This document shows positions 36,150 to 49,700 of a DNA stretch of 64,000 bases, one piece after another. The first letter of the stretch is position 1. Each line of letters opens with the position of its first letter. Made by a program: the position numbers and the translations under genes. A model generated the notes under the pieces. It did not search any database, was not told the DNA's origin, and saw only the letters and a list, made by a program, of their open reading frames with translations. This stretch comes from Narcine bancroftii (taxonomy: Eukaryota): the NCBI RefSeq assembly GCF_036971445.1, contig NC_091470.1:209560001-209624000 (forward strand), read 5' to 3'.

Positions 36150-37815
36150 TGTTCAAATTGGAGGAACAACACCTTGTATTCTGTCTGGGCCTTCTCCAAT
36201 CAGACAGCATTCCCACTCCTATCAGGGAATTAGTCTTTCCCCATCACCTCAGTTGTTTTTCTCTTTTACCCTCCCTCGTGCGTCCACTTGTGTCCTCATC
36301 TGCCATTTCTGCCACCTACTACATGATCCCACCACTAGACACAACTATATTTCCCTCTCCTCCCCTCACCGCCTTCTGCAGGGACCTCTCCCCTCTGTGA
36401 CTCCCTTCACCATTCCTCCCTCCCCACCAATCAACCCCTTGGTATCTACCCCGTGATAGGAGATGCTCCTTCTCCCTCACCAACATTCGGGCCCCACACT
36501 GTCCATCCAAGTGAAGCAGCATTTCACTTGAGAATCTGCAGGGATCATCTACAGCAGGGGTGTCAAACTTAAATTCACAGAGGGCCAAAATTAAAAACTT
36601 GGACTAAGTCGTGGGCCAAACTAAATATTTATTGAAAATTTTCAACATCTGCATGTTTTCTCTTCTTTCAACATATGTAATGTTAAACTTTTTCTTATTA
36701 AAATAAATGTTCAATAATAGTTTTGGTTAAACTCTTTCCAGAAGAAGCATTAACAAATGAGAAATAAAATATTCAATAAATAATATTTCTCTATAGCCTT
36801 TAAGCTCCTTTTAAATGTATTTTTTTTCACAAGCCAACAAGTCAAAAAAAATAACAACTTGCTTCAATGAAAATCCAATCTTTCAACTATGAACAGTCCA
36901 AAGTTAACCAAAGAAAATATTAATCCAAGCTTTGCTTGCTACACTGTGATTTACTCTGATGCACCTGGGTCTAAACCAGATACTTGGCATCTCTTCTTAG
37001 ATGCAAGTTCATCAAACTCTGGGGTCACTGTTTGCCTCCCACCTGTCTTGAAAGGTCCTGTTTTCTGTCTTTCGTTTGGCCATTTTTTGTAAGGGGTTTA
37101 TTACATGTGAGTTAGGTGACAGGTCGCAGATGCTAATGAAAGTAAAGAGGGGAGGTCGGGGTGATTAGCGGGCTGACAGGCCGGCGACAACGCATTTGCA
37201 AAGCATTCTGGGATTTGTAGCATTAGCTGTGCATGCGCTATACTGGCGCAGCAGCCAGCGGGCAAGCTCTAATACATATAACCATAACCATATAATCATC
37301 TACGGAGTGGAAACAGGCCATGTTGGCCTTTCAAGTCCGCACCGGTTCACAGATTTTGTGCGCCCTCTTCAGGCATTGGTCCCAGTAGATCTTCATTCAA
37401 TAACGATGGGCGAATTCAATGCAGCTGGAATCTTATTGAAATTGAAAGCAAGATTGTTGTCCTGGCACCACACAACCAGATTCTTGATCTCCATCCTGCT
37501 TTCTGACTCATGCATTAGCTCTGTCTGTGCCTGAGTTTGACATGTGTGATCTACAGCATCTGCTGCTCCTGCTGTGGTCTTTTCTACATCGGAGAGACGG
37601 GACGCAGCCTTGAAGATCACTTTGTTGAGCACTTCGGCTCTCGTCTGGCACAATAGCATGAATCTCCCAGTAGCCACCCATTTCAATACCCAGTCCCATT
37701 CCCTTGTTGGCATGCCTATCAATGAACTCATGCACTGCCAAACTGAGACCACCTGCACATTGGAGGAACAACACCTCATAATTCCGTCTGGACATTCTCC
37801 AACCAGATGGTATTA
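36150..37815 (+). mobile_element. Penelope-like element fragments split by a hAT insertion
   Basis: After removing 36555-37548 the sequence reads IYSICCSCCGLFYIGETGRSLEDHFVEH...HCQTETTCTLEEQHLI (GIY-YIG). Confidence 0.75.
36555..37548. mobile_element. Non-autonomous hAT element with 8-bp TSD ATCTACAG, carrying an internal LINE fragment
   Basis: Left end caggggtgtcaaact, right end agtttgacatgtgtg; exact TSD at 36547-36554 and 37549-37556. Confidence 0.85.
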
Positions 37816-38451
37816 AAGGTAAAGGTTCCATTATTGTCACGTAAAACGACATTTAGAATGTAACATGCATGAAATTCTTTAACATTTGTTGATAGAAATG
37901 CAGTGATGAATTTTGTCCAGTGTCCCTTACAGAAACCTGGTGCATTGGTGGTCTCCCCTGCTGAGATCAGACAATCTCAGGCGTATTCAGGCTATTAGTG
38001 CTTTACATAGACTTCCCAGTTTCTGTTAACCCCCTTCTTCCCCATCACATGCCCACAGCTGTCTTTTGCTCTCCCCTTTTCCCTGTCTCCCTCCACAGAT
38101 CCAAAACCAATGATCACCTCTCCTCTTATCATATCCAATTAAGACCTTTTGTTGACGGAACCCTCCACATTTGAAAAAAAAACACCAGAAGGTTGTGTGT
38201 GCCTGGAATGCTTTGCCGGGGATGGTGGTGAAGGACAGAATATTAGGGGCATTTAAAAGACTCTTAGACGGGTGGATGAAAATATAACAGAGAGTTGGGG
38301 GTAAGGGGGTTTAGTAATTTTTTATAGGAATATAGAGGTCATCACAACATAGAAGGATGAAGGGCCTGCATGGTGCTGCAGTTCTATGTTCTATGAACAA
38401 TGCCATTGGAAGGAAGCAGCAATCATTGAAGATGCACACCACACACTCTGT

Positions 38452-38707
38452 TCAGTCCCACATTGATCCCACTGCCCCACTCTCTCCCCACAGCCATGTA
38501 TTAGTCCCCACACTGTACACACTTTCTCCCCACAGCCCTGTATCAGTCCCCACACTGATCCCACTGCCTCCCCACAGCCCTGTATCAGTCCCCACACTGA
38601 TCCCACTACCCCGCTCTCTCACCACAGCCCTGTACCAGTCCCCACACTGATCCCACTGCCTCCCCACAGCCCTGTATCAGTCCCCACACTGATCCTATCC
38701 TGTATCA
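38452..38707. repeat. Minisatellite, about 42-bp unit x6
   Basis: Repeats of ccccacagccctgtatcagtccccacactgatcccactgcct. Confidence 0.9.
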
Positions 38708-38869
38708 GAACACGAACGAATCCCAGTCCCGAAGGGGTTACGGGGTTGGGAGGATTTAGTACTTTTCTTGGAATACATGGGTCGGTAGAACACCGAGGGC
38801 CGAAGGGCCTGTGCTGTACTGGTCTATGACCCAGAATGCCCTGCGTTATGAACCCGCTATATTGGGCCC

Positions 38870-39200
38870 AGTCTAGGAGTCCGGGGCCTTTCAGGGCCGC
38901 GCCCGCCCGCCCGAGCAAGCCCTTCCTACCAGGGCCGAGCCGTTCACCTGCCTGGGTCTCTCACCTCCTGGCGCAGTGGCCAATTCCCACGGGGAAGCGG
39001 GGCCGGAACTGGCCGATGTTAGAAGTCGGTGGAGCCGCGGCCTCCACTTCCCACCAGCCGAAGAGAAAAGCGGCAGCGCCAGTGGGAAACGGTCCCGCCC
39101 TTAGCCCCGCCTCCTGTCCCTCCCTGCTTTGTGACGTCACTGCATCAGTGTGGCGCCTGCGTACTTCGCCCCTGTGCTTGGATAGGGCTCTGCCACGCTT
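38870..39200 (-). promoter_or_regulatory. CpG island: probable promoter and non-coding first exon of zinc-finger gene A
   Basis: CpG-rich; full CRE TGACGTCA at 39132-39139; GC boxes at 39094-39113; minus-strand donor GAG|GTGAGA near 38964. Confidence 0.55.
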
Positions 39201-39269
39201 TTGAGCAAACATTTTCAGTTTGGGCGAAGATTAAATTAGGAACCCCTCGAGCTGGTTCATGGACTAGCC

Positions 39270-42068
39270 CGTAAAATGGTCAATGACCGCAGTGACTGTG
39301 TTGCCCTGGGGGTGTCACCGGCCGTCGTCACATGGCGGGAAGACGGAGAACTCTGGCGGGAACCTTGGCCAATTCTGGGGCAGCACTCCGACGATGCAGG
39401 GCCCTGACGTCAGGGCCAGTGGCCCACATGGGCGCGACGGGGGACCATCTATGCTTCCGACGGGATGGGTGTCGCAGCCGCACATGTGGCTTGAGCAGAC
39501 CGAGGCTCAATTCCAGCTTCACAACATCACCGCCGACCACATCCACGACGTTGTGAGCCCACTCAACCAAGACGCAGTGCAAGGGCCGTAGAATTCCTAC
39601 TGCAGCCTTTGGAGCAAGGCAAATACGCGGCCCTCAAGGAGCTGTTAACCCGATCTTTCGGGGTCTCCTGGCATAAGCCCGCTGCCCAATTGCGGCATTT
39701 GTGTCAGATTTGGGGACAGGGCCCCAAACACCATAATGAGCGAGATGCTCACTCTGAGGGCCTTGCCTGGTCTTCGAGCAGATCTTCTGGAGCAGTTGCC
39801 TGAGGATATCTGACTCTTGCTCACAGACGAGGACTTCAGCGACCCTGGGGGGGGGGGGAGGGGTCGCAGCCCAGATGGACATGCCCCAGAGAGCGAAGAA
39901 GGATGCCAGCTCCATTGTAGACCATACCAGCAAGCCCCATGAACAGCCCCCGGTGAGATCAAGGCCAATGGAGAGGCAAGTGGACTTCCTGGGGCAGCTA
40001 TGCTACTACCATCAGTGATGGGATGTGGAGGCCCTTTGATGCAGTCCACCCTGCAGGTTTTCAGGAAATACACTGGCCAACTGTTGTTGATGACTGCAGT
40101 GGTTGGCCCATGTGATAGCCTCCTCCACGTCTGGGACTCGTTGGGCAGGCGTTTCCTGTACAGTAGTAGAACACCTCATTTTCTTCTAGGGACAGACCTG
40201 CCTTCACATCCGACAACCACTGAGTAGAAGTGGGAGGGACAGCGTCTTCCTATCTCAGTAAAATGGCCCTTCTGACAACAAGGGAAGCAAAAGCCACGAC
40301 ATGGAATTGTGAAGAAGTTCATGTTCAATCCATGGCCCACTCACTCCAAAGATAGCAAAAACAATGGCTGAGAGTCATGTTAATATTAAGAACTAATGAT
40401 AAGGTGAGAAATATCCCTTGCCAGAAATGAAAGAGAGACATAACGAAAACATATGATAGAAAGTGACTTCCTCAATTAGGCATTTATCACATTTAGAAGA
40501 GATTAGGATGAAATGTAGCTCACTGCACCTTGGAAAAGTGAGCCCGATGGACCATGTTAAATTGCATTAATGAATGTCTGGCACAAAGAGGAGATGAGGG
40601 AGCCCGTTTCAAAATGGAATCCCATGCAATTTCGGCAAATGGTTGTTGAAAATCTTGTTCCCTTATTTTCTTAACACCACCCAGGAAACCATCTCAATAT
40701 CTTAAAATAATTCATAAAGGGCTGAAAACAATCCTTTATGATCAGATTTTAAATGATATACTTCCCAAATAAGGTCAGGTCTATGGTCCACCTGCTGTCG
40801 CACAAGTTCATATGGCACGGACTCTGTTGAGACATTACCCTATTGGCCCGAACCTGCTTACAGTGCCAGAGCGCCAAGGTGCACACTACAGACCTTCAAG
40901 CCAACACAACGCAGGTTCGAACATGTCCACATTGACATCGCCGGGCCCCTCCCAATGAGTTAAAGTATGAGGTACATGTTCGTGACTTCGTGCAAGATGG
41001 ACACGTGTGTCCGGGCTTTCCCAGCCACCTTGGTTGCATGTTTTGGAATCCTGACCCATATCACATCGGATCAGGGAGTGCAGTTCACCTCCTCCTTCTG
41101 GTCCAATGCGAAATTCTATGGCAGTTAAGTCCATCACACCACAACCTAACATCTCCAAGCAAATGGACGAGTCGAACGGTTCCACCACCACCTGAAGGCT
41201 GCCTTGAAAGCCTGACTGACCGGACTGAATTGAATTAATGAGCTTCTGTAGGTACTGCTCGGAATCAGCATGGCACCGAAAGAGGACCTGCCAGCATCGT
41301 CCGAGGTATGATACACCTCTCACCATTCCAGGGGACCTACATTTCAACCCCACAGCCCAGCACTTTAAACATCTTAAGCAGGTTGAGATCGCAAGAGGGT
41401 GAACAACTCCTTTCGGTACTGTCCCGACACGGATCACCACCCAACCACTTTCCATTAGACCTGCAGTCTACCCATTACATCTTCGTATGCAGAGGACAAC
41501 AAGGAACACCCCTACTGTGCCCGTACAAAGGCCCTTTCAAGGTTCTGGGGAGAGACGATTTTGTATTTACATTGGACATTGGCGGCTGACAGGACAGATT
41601 CACAGTCAACCGCCTCAAAGCCACACAGCTGGATTCTGAACTGCAAGCCCCCAGATCCCCGGGTCAGAAGCAGAGGTAGACTGCCCAGAGACTGTTCAGA
41701 CCGCTCAAAAAGCGGCGACAATTCTCGGGGGGTGGGGGGGATTGGTGTAGCAGGCCAAGCGACCATGTGGGTTAACTGGCCAAGTCACCACAACAAATGG
41801 CCATTCCAAAATGGTCCCCAAATGAGGAGCCTATGTTTAGCACCACGTGCAAACTAAGGAGCCTTCCACTTCCGTGAAGCAGGCTGCCAGCTGAGGAGTG
41901 ACACTGATGTGATTACATCACTTTCGGAAGCCAGTGGTTACATCACCGGAGGAGGGTATTTCCAGCGGGGCAATGCAGCAAATTCAAACAATAAAGTCAG
42001 TCTTTGTTGCACCCTCGTACTGTGTGGACGTCTCGTTATTCAATAGCGCTGCTAAAGTAGTTGCTACA
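39270..42068 (+). mobile_element. Degraded Gypsy LTR retrotransposon (gag, integrase, PPT, 3' LTR 41746-42068)
   Basis: Gag-like WLEQTEAQFQLHNIT; integrase RFEHVHIDIAGP and PYKGPFKVL; G-rich PPT, then LTR TGTAGCA...TGCTACA with AATAAA. Confidence 0.85.
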
Positions 42069-43678
42069 TATGCACCAAATTTAGATGATGAAAAATCTAT
42101 GCAAGATACTTTTTGACATTTGGCAGATGCACATGAGGTGACTTTAATTTTTGTTTAGATCCTTTATTAGACAGATCTTCAAGAACATTAGTTAAATCTA
42201 AAGCAGCTAAAACGATGTTACATTTAATGAAGGATTTAAACTTAGTGGATAAATGGAGGAAAATTTATGCTTGGGATAGAGATTATTCTTTTTATTCTAA
42301 TAGATTTAATTCATATTCTAGAATTGATTTATTTTTACTTTCAGTTCAAAATCTTGACAATTAAAAGCAGAACAAATCTCGAACAATCAATGCAATGTAA
42401 CGAGATAATAAGAAGGTGTAGCGGCTATTAAGGTAGAGCTACTAAAGAAATACAAACACACGCCAGAGTAGTCAACTGAAGACTGATTTATTCAGAGTTT
42501 ACAGGCTTTTATATACTGTGTGTCCCAGGCTCCATGGGACAAGGTGGGACGTCACTACGAGATTGCTGCTGATCCACGGGACCGGCAGGTTTAAATTTAG
42601 CCTCGTAAGTGTCCCACACCTTCTGGCAGGAGACTCAACAGTTCAAATGCCATTTCTTGGCACTCAGTATCTCTCATGTGTGGTCCATTAGGTGAGTAGG
42701 GAGACGTTCGCATTAGGGTTCCGCACGCCCGCAGAACCATGCCGGTGACAGTTCTCATTGCTGCGCTGTGCACCCACTCGGCCCGCTATAAGGACGCTAC
42801 ATCATATGCAGCACCCTTATTATGCTTTTGCACGTCCACAGAACCATGCCAGTGACAGTTCATGTTGCCGTGCTGTGCCTGCTCGGCCCGCTACAAAGGT
42901 GACATTTAAACCTCAAGAAACAAATGAAACTTTTAGGGAATTTTATGAAAATTATATACTTCAAAATCATTACAAGACAAAACCAATATAGATAATTATT
43001 TGCCACAAATAATACTGCCAAGATAAACTGAGTTAGATAAAGATAATTTGGATGGACCATTTACTGAACAAGAAGTTAAGGAAGCGCTTGTTGACAGAAT
43101 AATATCCTGGAGAGGATAGATTCCCTGTGGAATTTTATAAAGAATGTAAAGATCTAATTATTTATTTATTTATGCAAGTAATAGAACAAGCTTCTATGTA
43201 CATGCCCTTCAACAGCGATTATTATGGTTATTCATAAAAAATACAGAGATCCATTAAAACCCATTTCATATAGTCCTATTTCATTGTTAAATGTTGATTA
43301 TAAAAATATTGTGAAAATATTAGCAAATAGAATAAATAATTGGTAGATAAATTTATAGATAAATAAATTAATAAATATTAATAAATAACTGGTTTTGTTA
43401 AAAATAGACAAACTTCTGAAATCTAGTAGGATTATTAAGTATAATTCATCTGGCATTAAAAAGAGGGGATTTAAGTGTAGCAGTTGGATTGGATGCAGGA
43501 AAAACTTTTGCTAGATTAGAATGGGATTTTTCATTTAAAGTTTTAGATAAATTTGATTTTTGGATTTAATTTTGTAAATTGGATTAAATCACTTTATAGA
43601 ATTTTTAAAGCTAAAGTAATAACTAATGGGCAGATATCTCAATCATTTAACTTGACTAGATCAAGTAGGCAATGCTGA
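42069..43678 (+). mobile_element. Degraded L1 ORF2 fragments (endonuclease and RT)
   Basis: YAPN, GDFN..LDPLLDRS, YSRIDLFL, PISLLNVDYK, LDAGKTFARLEW, KVITNGQISQSF. Confidence 0.85.
42417..42895 (-). mobile_element. Solo LTR with 4-bp TSD AAGG
   Basis: Termini TGTAGCGG...CCGCTACA; aagg on both sides; minus-strand TATA and AATAAA; internal about 65-bp duplication. Confidence 0.85.
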
Positions 43679-43679
43679 A

Positions 43680-46041
43680 GCACCAATATCCAATATTTCT
43701 GGTGCAGTTCTAAATACTCAAGATTACAACCACTGTGACCTGTTTTCTCATGTTTATGTTGTACAATCAAATCATAAATATGAGATTCCTTAGCTAATAT
43801 AATTGGATGTTCCACTTGTTTTGGCATTGCTTTTTCCAATCTTGCTTTTGTTACATTCAGATTCTTCTTCAATTTTTATATCTCATTATCAAATGTCTTT
43901 TTCTGATAAAAAACAAATTATCTCAAATTCAGCATTCCCAACTCATCAACTGTGAGCTAATGGCTCTTTTGAGACTTCAGATTCTCTTTTTTGATACAAT
44001 GTAAAAACTTAGTTTTACATCTAAGAATCCATGCGACTGCCCTTTTCAAATGAAGCCATGAAGAATGAAAGCAAATTAATTGAATAATGGGATGATTCTC
44101 ATTAGATATTTGAATAGTATTTACTATTAGTGTTTTGGATTTCTGGATCCTCCATTTAATTTTTTGAACTCTTCTGGATTTTGAGGTCATTCTTCTTGAG
44201 AATGCAAAAGAAATTGAGGACCGAACACCCAAGTGTTGGCTCTTTTCAGAAACGATTGAACTTTTGATCCTCGTGAAGCCATATCAGCTGGATTATCCAC
44301 TGTTTTAACATCTCTGTTGATTAGCATGCAAAACCTTCTTGATCTCAGAAATTCTATTAGTCATAAAGGTACGAAACAGCATGATTTTTTAAAATTAATG
44401 TATTTACACACTGATGTACTATTACACTGATGTACTATCACTCCAAAACCAAGAGTCAGCTAACTCAACCTGTAATTTTCTTCTTAACACAGTGTCTATT
44501 TTGCTCACCATAGTAGCAGCAGTCAATTCCATTTGAGGTATGGTGACTGGATTGAATGAAGCCACTCTGGCTTTTCCCACAACAAATCCACAATGTACTC
44601 GTTCTTTATTATTTCACAGTACTCAATAACTGACAGTACAAAAACCACCTTCGCTTCCATCAGCAAAGAAGTGTAACTGAGAAAATGTTGTAATTCCAAA
44701 GTCTGTAGGTTTAAAACATCTGTTGACTTCAAAACTTTCTAACATTTCAAGACTCTCAATCCAATTCATCCAATCTTGTGCAATGGAATCTAGTACAGTT
44801 TTATCCCATCCAAATGTTTTTCTGCACAATCCTTGCAGAATTTTCTTGGCTATTAATACTACTAGTGCCAATATTCTCAAAGGATCGTATATTGAGCTTA
44901 TGGTTGAAAGAATACCTCTTATTGTTAAAGGCCATTCTTTCAAAACAATTTTGAATTTGAAAACATCAGATTGAACACGCCACTGCACTCCCTAGGATTT
45001 TTTCAACAGGTAGAACATCACAATCCAGGTCAAGGTGTTTTATCTCCTTTGCTCTTTCTGCCTCATCCCGACTGTTGCTGATCCATTTCATAAGGAAGAA
45101 ACCTTTATTATAGATTTCTTTCAATTCATGATAAAGATCTATTACTTCTCTGTCTGAAACCACTGAACAGAGACAATAATCAACATAAAAGTTATTTCTG
45201 ATTATGGTTGAGGCTTGAGAATGAAATTGCTCTTCATCATCTTCAGCACATTTCCTGAGAGCAAAATCTGTCCAACTCGGTGATGAAGTTGTTCCAAATA
45301 AATTAACTGTCATTCTGTATTCAATCGTATCTTTACTGTAATCACCATTAGGCCATCATAGTAATCTTCTGATAGTACTTTCACTTGATGAAACACTTCA
45401 ATATCTGTAGCAATTACAACAGGCTCTTTACAATATCTTATCAGAACACCTATTAAAGTACTGGTCAAGTCTGGACCTTGTAAAAGTTGCAAATTCAATG
45501 AAACTCCTTGAATTGATGCTCCATAATCAAATACTACTCATAGTTTCTCCTTTTGTGGATGTATGAGGTAAATACCATTTTTTACCATCTTTACATTCCA
45601 AGATATCTTCTGAGACCTTTTCTTCATAACCCTTGGTTATCATGTTCGACATGACATTGGTTTATTCCAAGTAAAAGGAAGAATTTCTCTTGAATTTCCT
45701 CTTTAAATTCAGCATGCGCTGTTCTGCAATTATTATCTGCATGCAAATTTCTCTTTTCTTCAAAGGTAATGCTGTACAGTAACATGTTTAACAGAATTTG
45801 AAACAAAATCCAGAAACTGCTTGTCCTCCTTTGGCAGTTCTTGAATATCTGTGAGACATTCAGGAAAATCAGTTTTAAACTGTTGTTCTCACAGATCATT
45901 GAGTTTCACAAGTGAAATTCCATTGACATTTACATTCGATGACTGCTGATCATTATTCATTTTTCCTCCTAATGATCCATTAATTGTCCATCCAAGCAAC
46001 GTTCTCACAGCATAATGCCTGTCATTTTGACTTCTTATTTT
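43680..46041 (-). mobile_element. Degraded BEL/Pao retrotransposon pol fragment
   Basis: LLQGPDLTSTLIGVLIR, LFGTTSSPS, NNFYVD, RGILSTISSIYDPL, LHFFADGSE, NPADMASRG. Confidence 0.9.
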
Positions 46042-46994
46042 TGTTACGGGCCCAGAGGACCTGGAAACCCAACAGCAATTGAAATTAACAAATAAGAAAA
46101 TTGAAAATAAGGTAAATGGTTACTTGAACAAAAGTTGCTTTTAATTTTAATTAAACTTTATAAGGATCAAACTTTAACTTATTACTATAAACTTAACTTA
46201 ACCCCCTTCTAATTCTAAGCGTATGTATAAGTAATGTGAAAATGTTCTGGAATGGACAAATATTGGGAGAATTTGGTAAGATTAGTGGGTGAAATACATA
46301 CACACATTTTAAAACACATCTTATTTGAAAGACTGAAGAATTCATATTCAGTAACATTGCAGGATCTCTGGAAAATGTGATGCACATTTCACAAGTAGGT
46401 GCTAATTGAAATGACATCATGAAATGAAAGACCATTGTTTGTAGGAGGCAAACTGGCTGTTAAAATGTTCTTACAGTGTGCTCACAGAAAGGTCACTCCT
46501 GAGTTTTGTTTATCTAAGAAAACAGCTAGACCAAGGGGGAGAACTCCTGTAGTTTGCTGAAGCAGGTGGAGGGTTTTGCAAGTGAGAGAGTCACATGGGC
46601 TTTCTGGAGTCAGTTGGAGAGAGGGGGAGAGAGAGAGCAATCTTAATAAGCTCTCTCTGCTAAGGCACTTTCAGGTGGCCAAATGCCCCGCATGTAAAGC
46701 CGCATGTTTAGGCAATATGCAGCTGTTTTGAGGCCACCTGAATGTGCAGGAGGCGCTATTGAGATAAGCTACGTAACCCTCCTCCGAGAGGGATAATCAG
46801 CTAAGCTCAGTGGCTCCCCCAGCCACCTGAATGCAGCTGGCTGAAAGCGGATATTAAAAGGTCAGACTGCTGACGTGGCAGTGACGTCATCAGCCTGAGA
46901 CGCCTGGCGTGAATCTTGAAGCACATTGTGCAGTCAGGCGAGTGCAGATTCAGTCATTTTGTTTAGTAGTGAAGGGAAACAGTGCATTTGAACA

Positions 46995-47900
46995 ATGGCT
47001 CCAAGAAAGGCTAGTAACTGGTCTGAAGAAGAGGTAAGACTGCTTCTAGACCATCTGATTCAGGAATCCCAGGAAAAGGAGCTCACTGGGACAGTTAGGG
47101 ATGGTCCCACTTTTGAGCGGCTGTCTGGAATGCTCGCAGCACAAGGGCACAAGCGCTGTAAAAATCGGATGGTCACGAAGCTGAAGAGCATGAGGAAGAA
47201 ATTCCACGCAGTCCTGGACCACAACAGGAGGAGTTGCAATGGGCGCAAGGAGTGGCAATTCTTCGACCAGTGCCACACTCTCTGGGGGGCTAGCTGCTCA
47301 GCTACTCCCTTGAATGTAGCCAGCACTCTGGAGACCCCTGAATCTCCAGAGCTCATCCCTGAGGGATCAGGGTTCACACAGCAGCAATGGAGGAGACAGT
47401 CCAGGAAGATGAGGCCACCACTGAGGACTCAGCAGCCACAGATTTGGATGCCTCTGAGAGAGGAAACGCAGAGGTCACTGTCCCTGGGAGTGGCAAGGCA
47501 GCACTCTCAACAGAGAACACAGGTACAGTAGCATTGAGGTTGTGTTTATGGAGAAGCACTTAAGTCCAATGCTGATGCACTTTTCCTGTTTCCACCCACA
47601 GCCTTTGGTCCCAGACGCAAGCACCAGCGACTGTCGAAGGGGCAGATTCTCGCGAAGGAGCTGCAGGCGATGATGTTGCCACTTGAGAGAGACCGCCAGC
47701 ATGAAGAGATGGTGCTGGATCACGAGAGAGTCATGCCTGCCGACCAGAGGGAGGATGAGGAAGCAACGCGCTGCTCCAAATTGGAGAAGCTTGCCCATTC
47801 GATGTCTTGAGTTTGTGGCTTCCCTGTGGGGACTGAGTGTCGCAATGGATAGGCAGTCAGTCATTTTCAACAGATTGGTCACGTAATTGGAGGCCTCCCC
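46995..47900 (+). pseudogene. Harbinger Myb/SANT-like DNA-binding gene (intact N-terminal domain, frameshift near 47370, probable intron 47523-47601)
   Basis: MAPRKASNWSEEEVRLLL...KLKSMRKKF...WQFFDQCHTLWG trihelix motif; acidic linker in another frame; coiled-coil-like second exon. Confidence 0.8.
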
Positions 47901-48493
47901 ATCCCAATTCCCACAGTCATATGGTCAGCCTCATCCCATGTACCTGGCCCCTCCATCCAATATGCCATTTCATTCCACAGCAGTGCATCACAGGAGTGGA
48001 CGCTTTGGCATGACTGAGATGCTGGGTACTGGTTCCTCATCCTCCGCCCCCCCCCCCCCCAACTCATTCCTCTCAATGCTGGAATGAGGTTTGTGTCAGA
48101 ATAAACATCCTTAATGCTGCTAACTCACTGTTCACTTTTGTTGTTCATGAAACCCCTCATAAGTGCAATGTTATGTACGACACTTTAAGGATGGAAACAT
48201 TCAGCAGTGAGATGCTATGGTGCCGGGTGGTTGTGTTTACTATTTTAGTGTTTGATCTGCTATATTCAAGTGTGGAGTGGATTTGCACTGTTATTTGTCC
48301 ATTCCATGGTTTTCTTGAATGATGTGAAATGTTAACATTGCGATATCTTCCCTCAGATATTTATGAAGCATTGTGATTTCTCAAAGAATGTCTTTTGTAA
48401 AATTTTATTAAATTTTTGACAAGCACACAAGTCACAAGTTTCATTTATATGCACCCGTTCATTCACGAGAGCATATAACATGCCAGGCTCATG

Positions 48494-49700
48494 TCACCAC
48501 ATTGGGTGGGGAGGGTACAAGTCATGGAAAATGGGGAACTGGGTAGCAGGGACATACTCTGACAAGATGGACATGATGGCATAATGGATGGCCTGGTGCC
48601 CATGGCCCTGCTGATCAGCACAATCTGCGCTATTGGGTGCAGGACCATCTGCTTCAACCAATGTCCACTCTGAAGGAAAGTCTTCCTTGTTAATCTCACA
48701 TATATTGTGCAGTACATGGCAGGCAAACACAACATCTGGAACTAAGGCGGTAGAGATATCTAGATGCTTGGACAGGCATCGCCAGTGGCCTTTTAGATGG
48801 CCAAATGCATGTTCCACCACTATCCTTGTTGAATTAAGGGCCTTGTTAAATCTTCGCTGATCCTGATTCAGTACTCGGTGCTGTGTGAACCCCTTAATCA
48901 GCCAGCATCGTAGGGGGTATGCCGCATCACCCACAAGATGCGCTGGAACCTCCACTTCCTCAACATTCTTGGACACCTGCAGGCACAACGATGCAGACAT
49001 GTAGTTAATTCATGCACCTGAACCTTGGACACAGCAAGCATGCATAACATTTGAAACACGGAGCTTTGAAGGGTGAACACTCACATCTCCTGGAGACGTG
49101 TTCCACTTGGCAGGGAGATGAAACGTTTACCAAGGAACTTAATCATGGTGGTAGTCTCCTCCTGCACCACCATGCACACGGTGCTGATGCCTATTCCAAA
49201 GATGGTACTGATGGATCGATACCCACAAGGGGTGGCATACCACCACAAGGCCACAGCTAATCGGTCTGGGCTCAAATGGTCACTGCAAGTCCAGTCTATG
49301 TGCCTTCAGGTGAGGTTCTATGAGTTCCAGCATGAAGTGAAAGGTGCCACGCGGCATACAAAAGTGTCTGCTCCACTCAGCATCATCAAATTTGGTGAGG
49401 ACATTACTCCAGAAGTCAGCACCCTACATTTGGTTAACCTCCAGAGAGACCAATGTGTCACCATAGCTAATTGACTGACCAGCAGCATTCACCTTCGTCT
49501 CCGACGTTTATGCTCCACGCGCCTTTCAACCGCTAACTGCTGTCTTCTTGCCCTCAAGCTTTGCAGGAATCTTCTCCTGATTGCACCCATGCAACTTTCA
49601 GATCTCAAGGACAAATGAAGAGCTTCAACAGCACAAATAGCCTTACCAAGGATCTGCCTTATCTAATTCTGAACATTCAGAAATGCTGAAATCATCATCA
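48494..49700 (-). pseudogene. Harbinger (HARBI1-like) DDE transposase, disrupted and internally deleted
   Basis: RLAVALWWYATPCGYRSISTIFGIGISTV; LVGDAAYPLRCWLIK; RIVVEHAFGHLKGHWRCL; ACHVLHNICE; the DG-containing first catalytic segment is not visible. Confidence 0.9.

Noticed and set aside
46995-49000. Domesticated HARBI1/NAIF1-like host genes
   Set aside because: Bounded by TIRs and TSD and disrupted by frameshifts and deletion, so a decayed transposon
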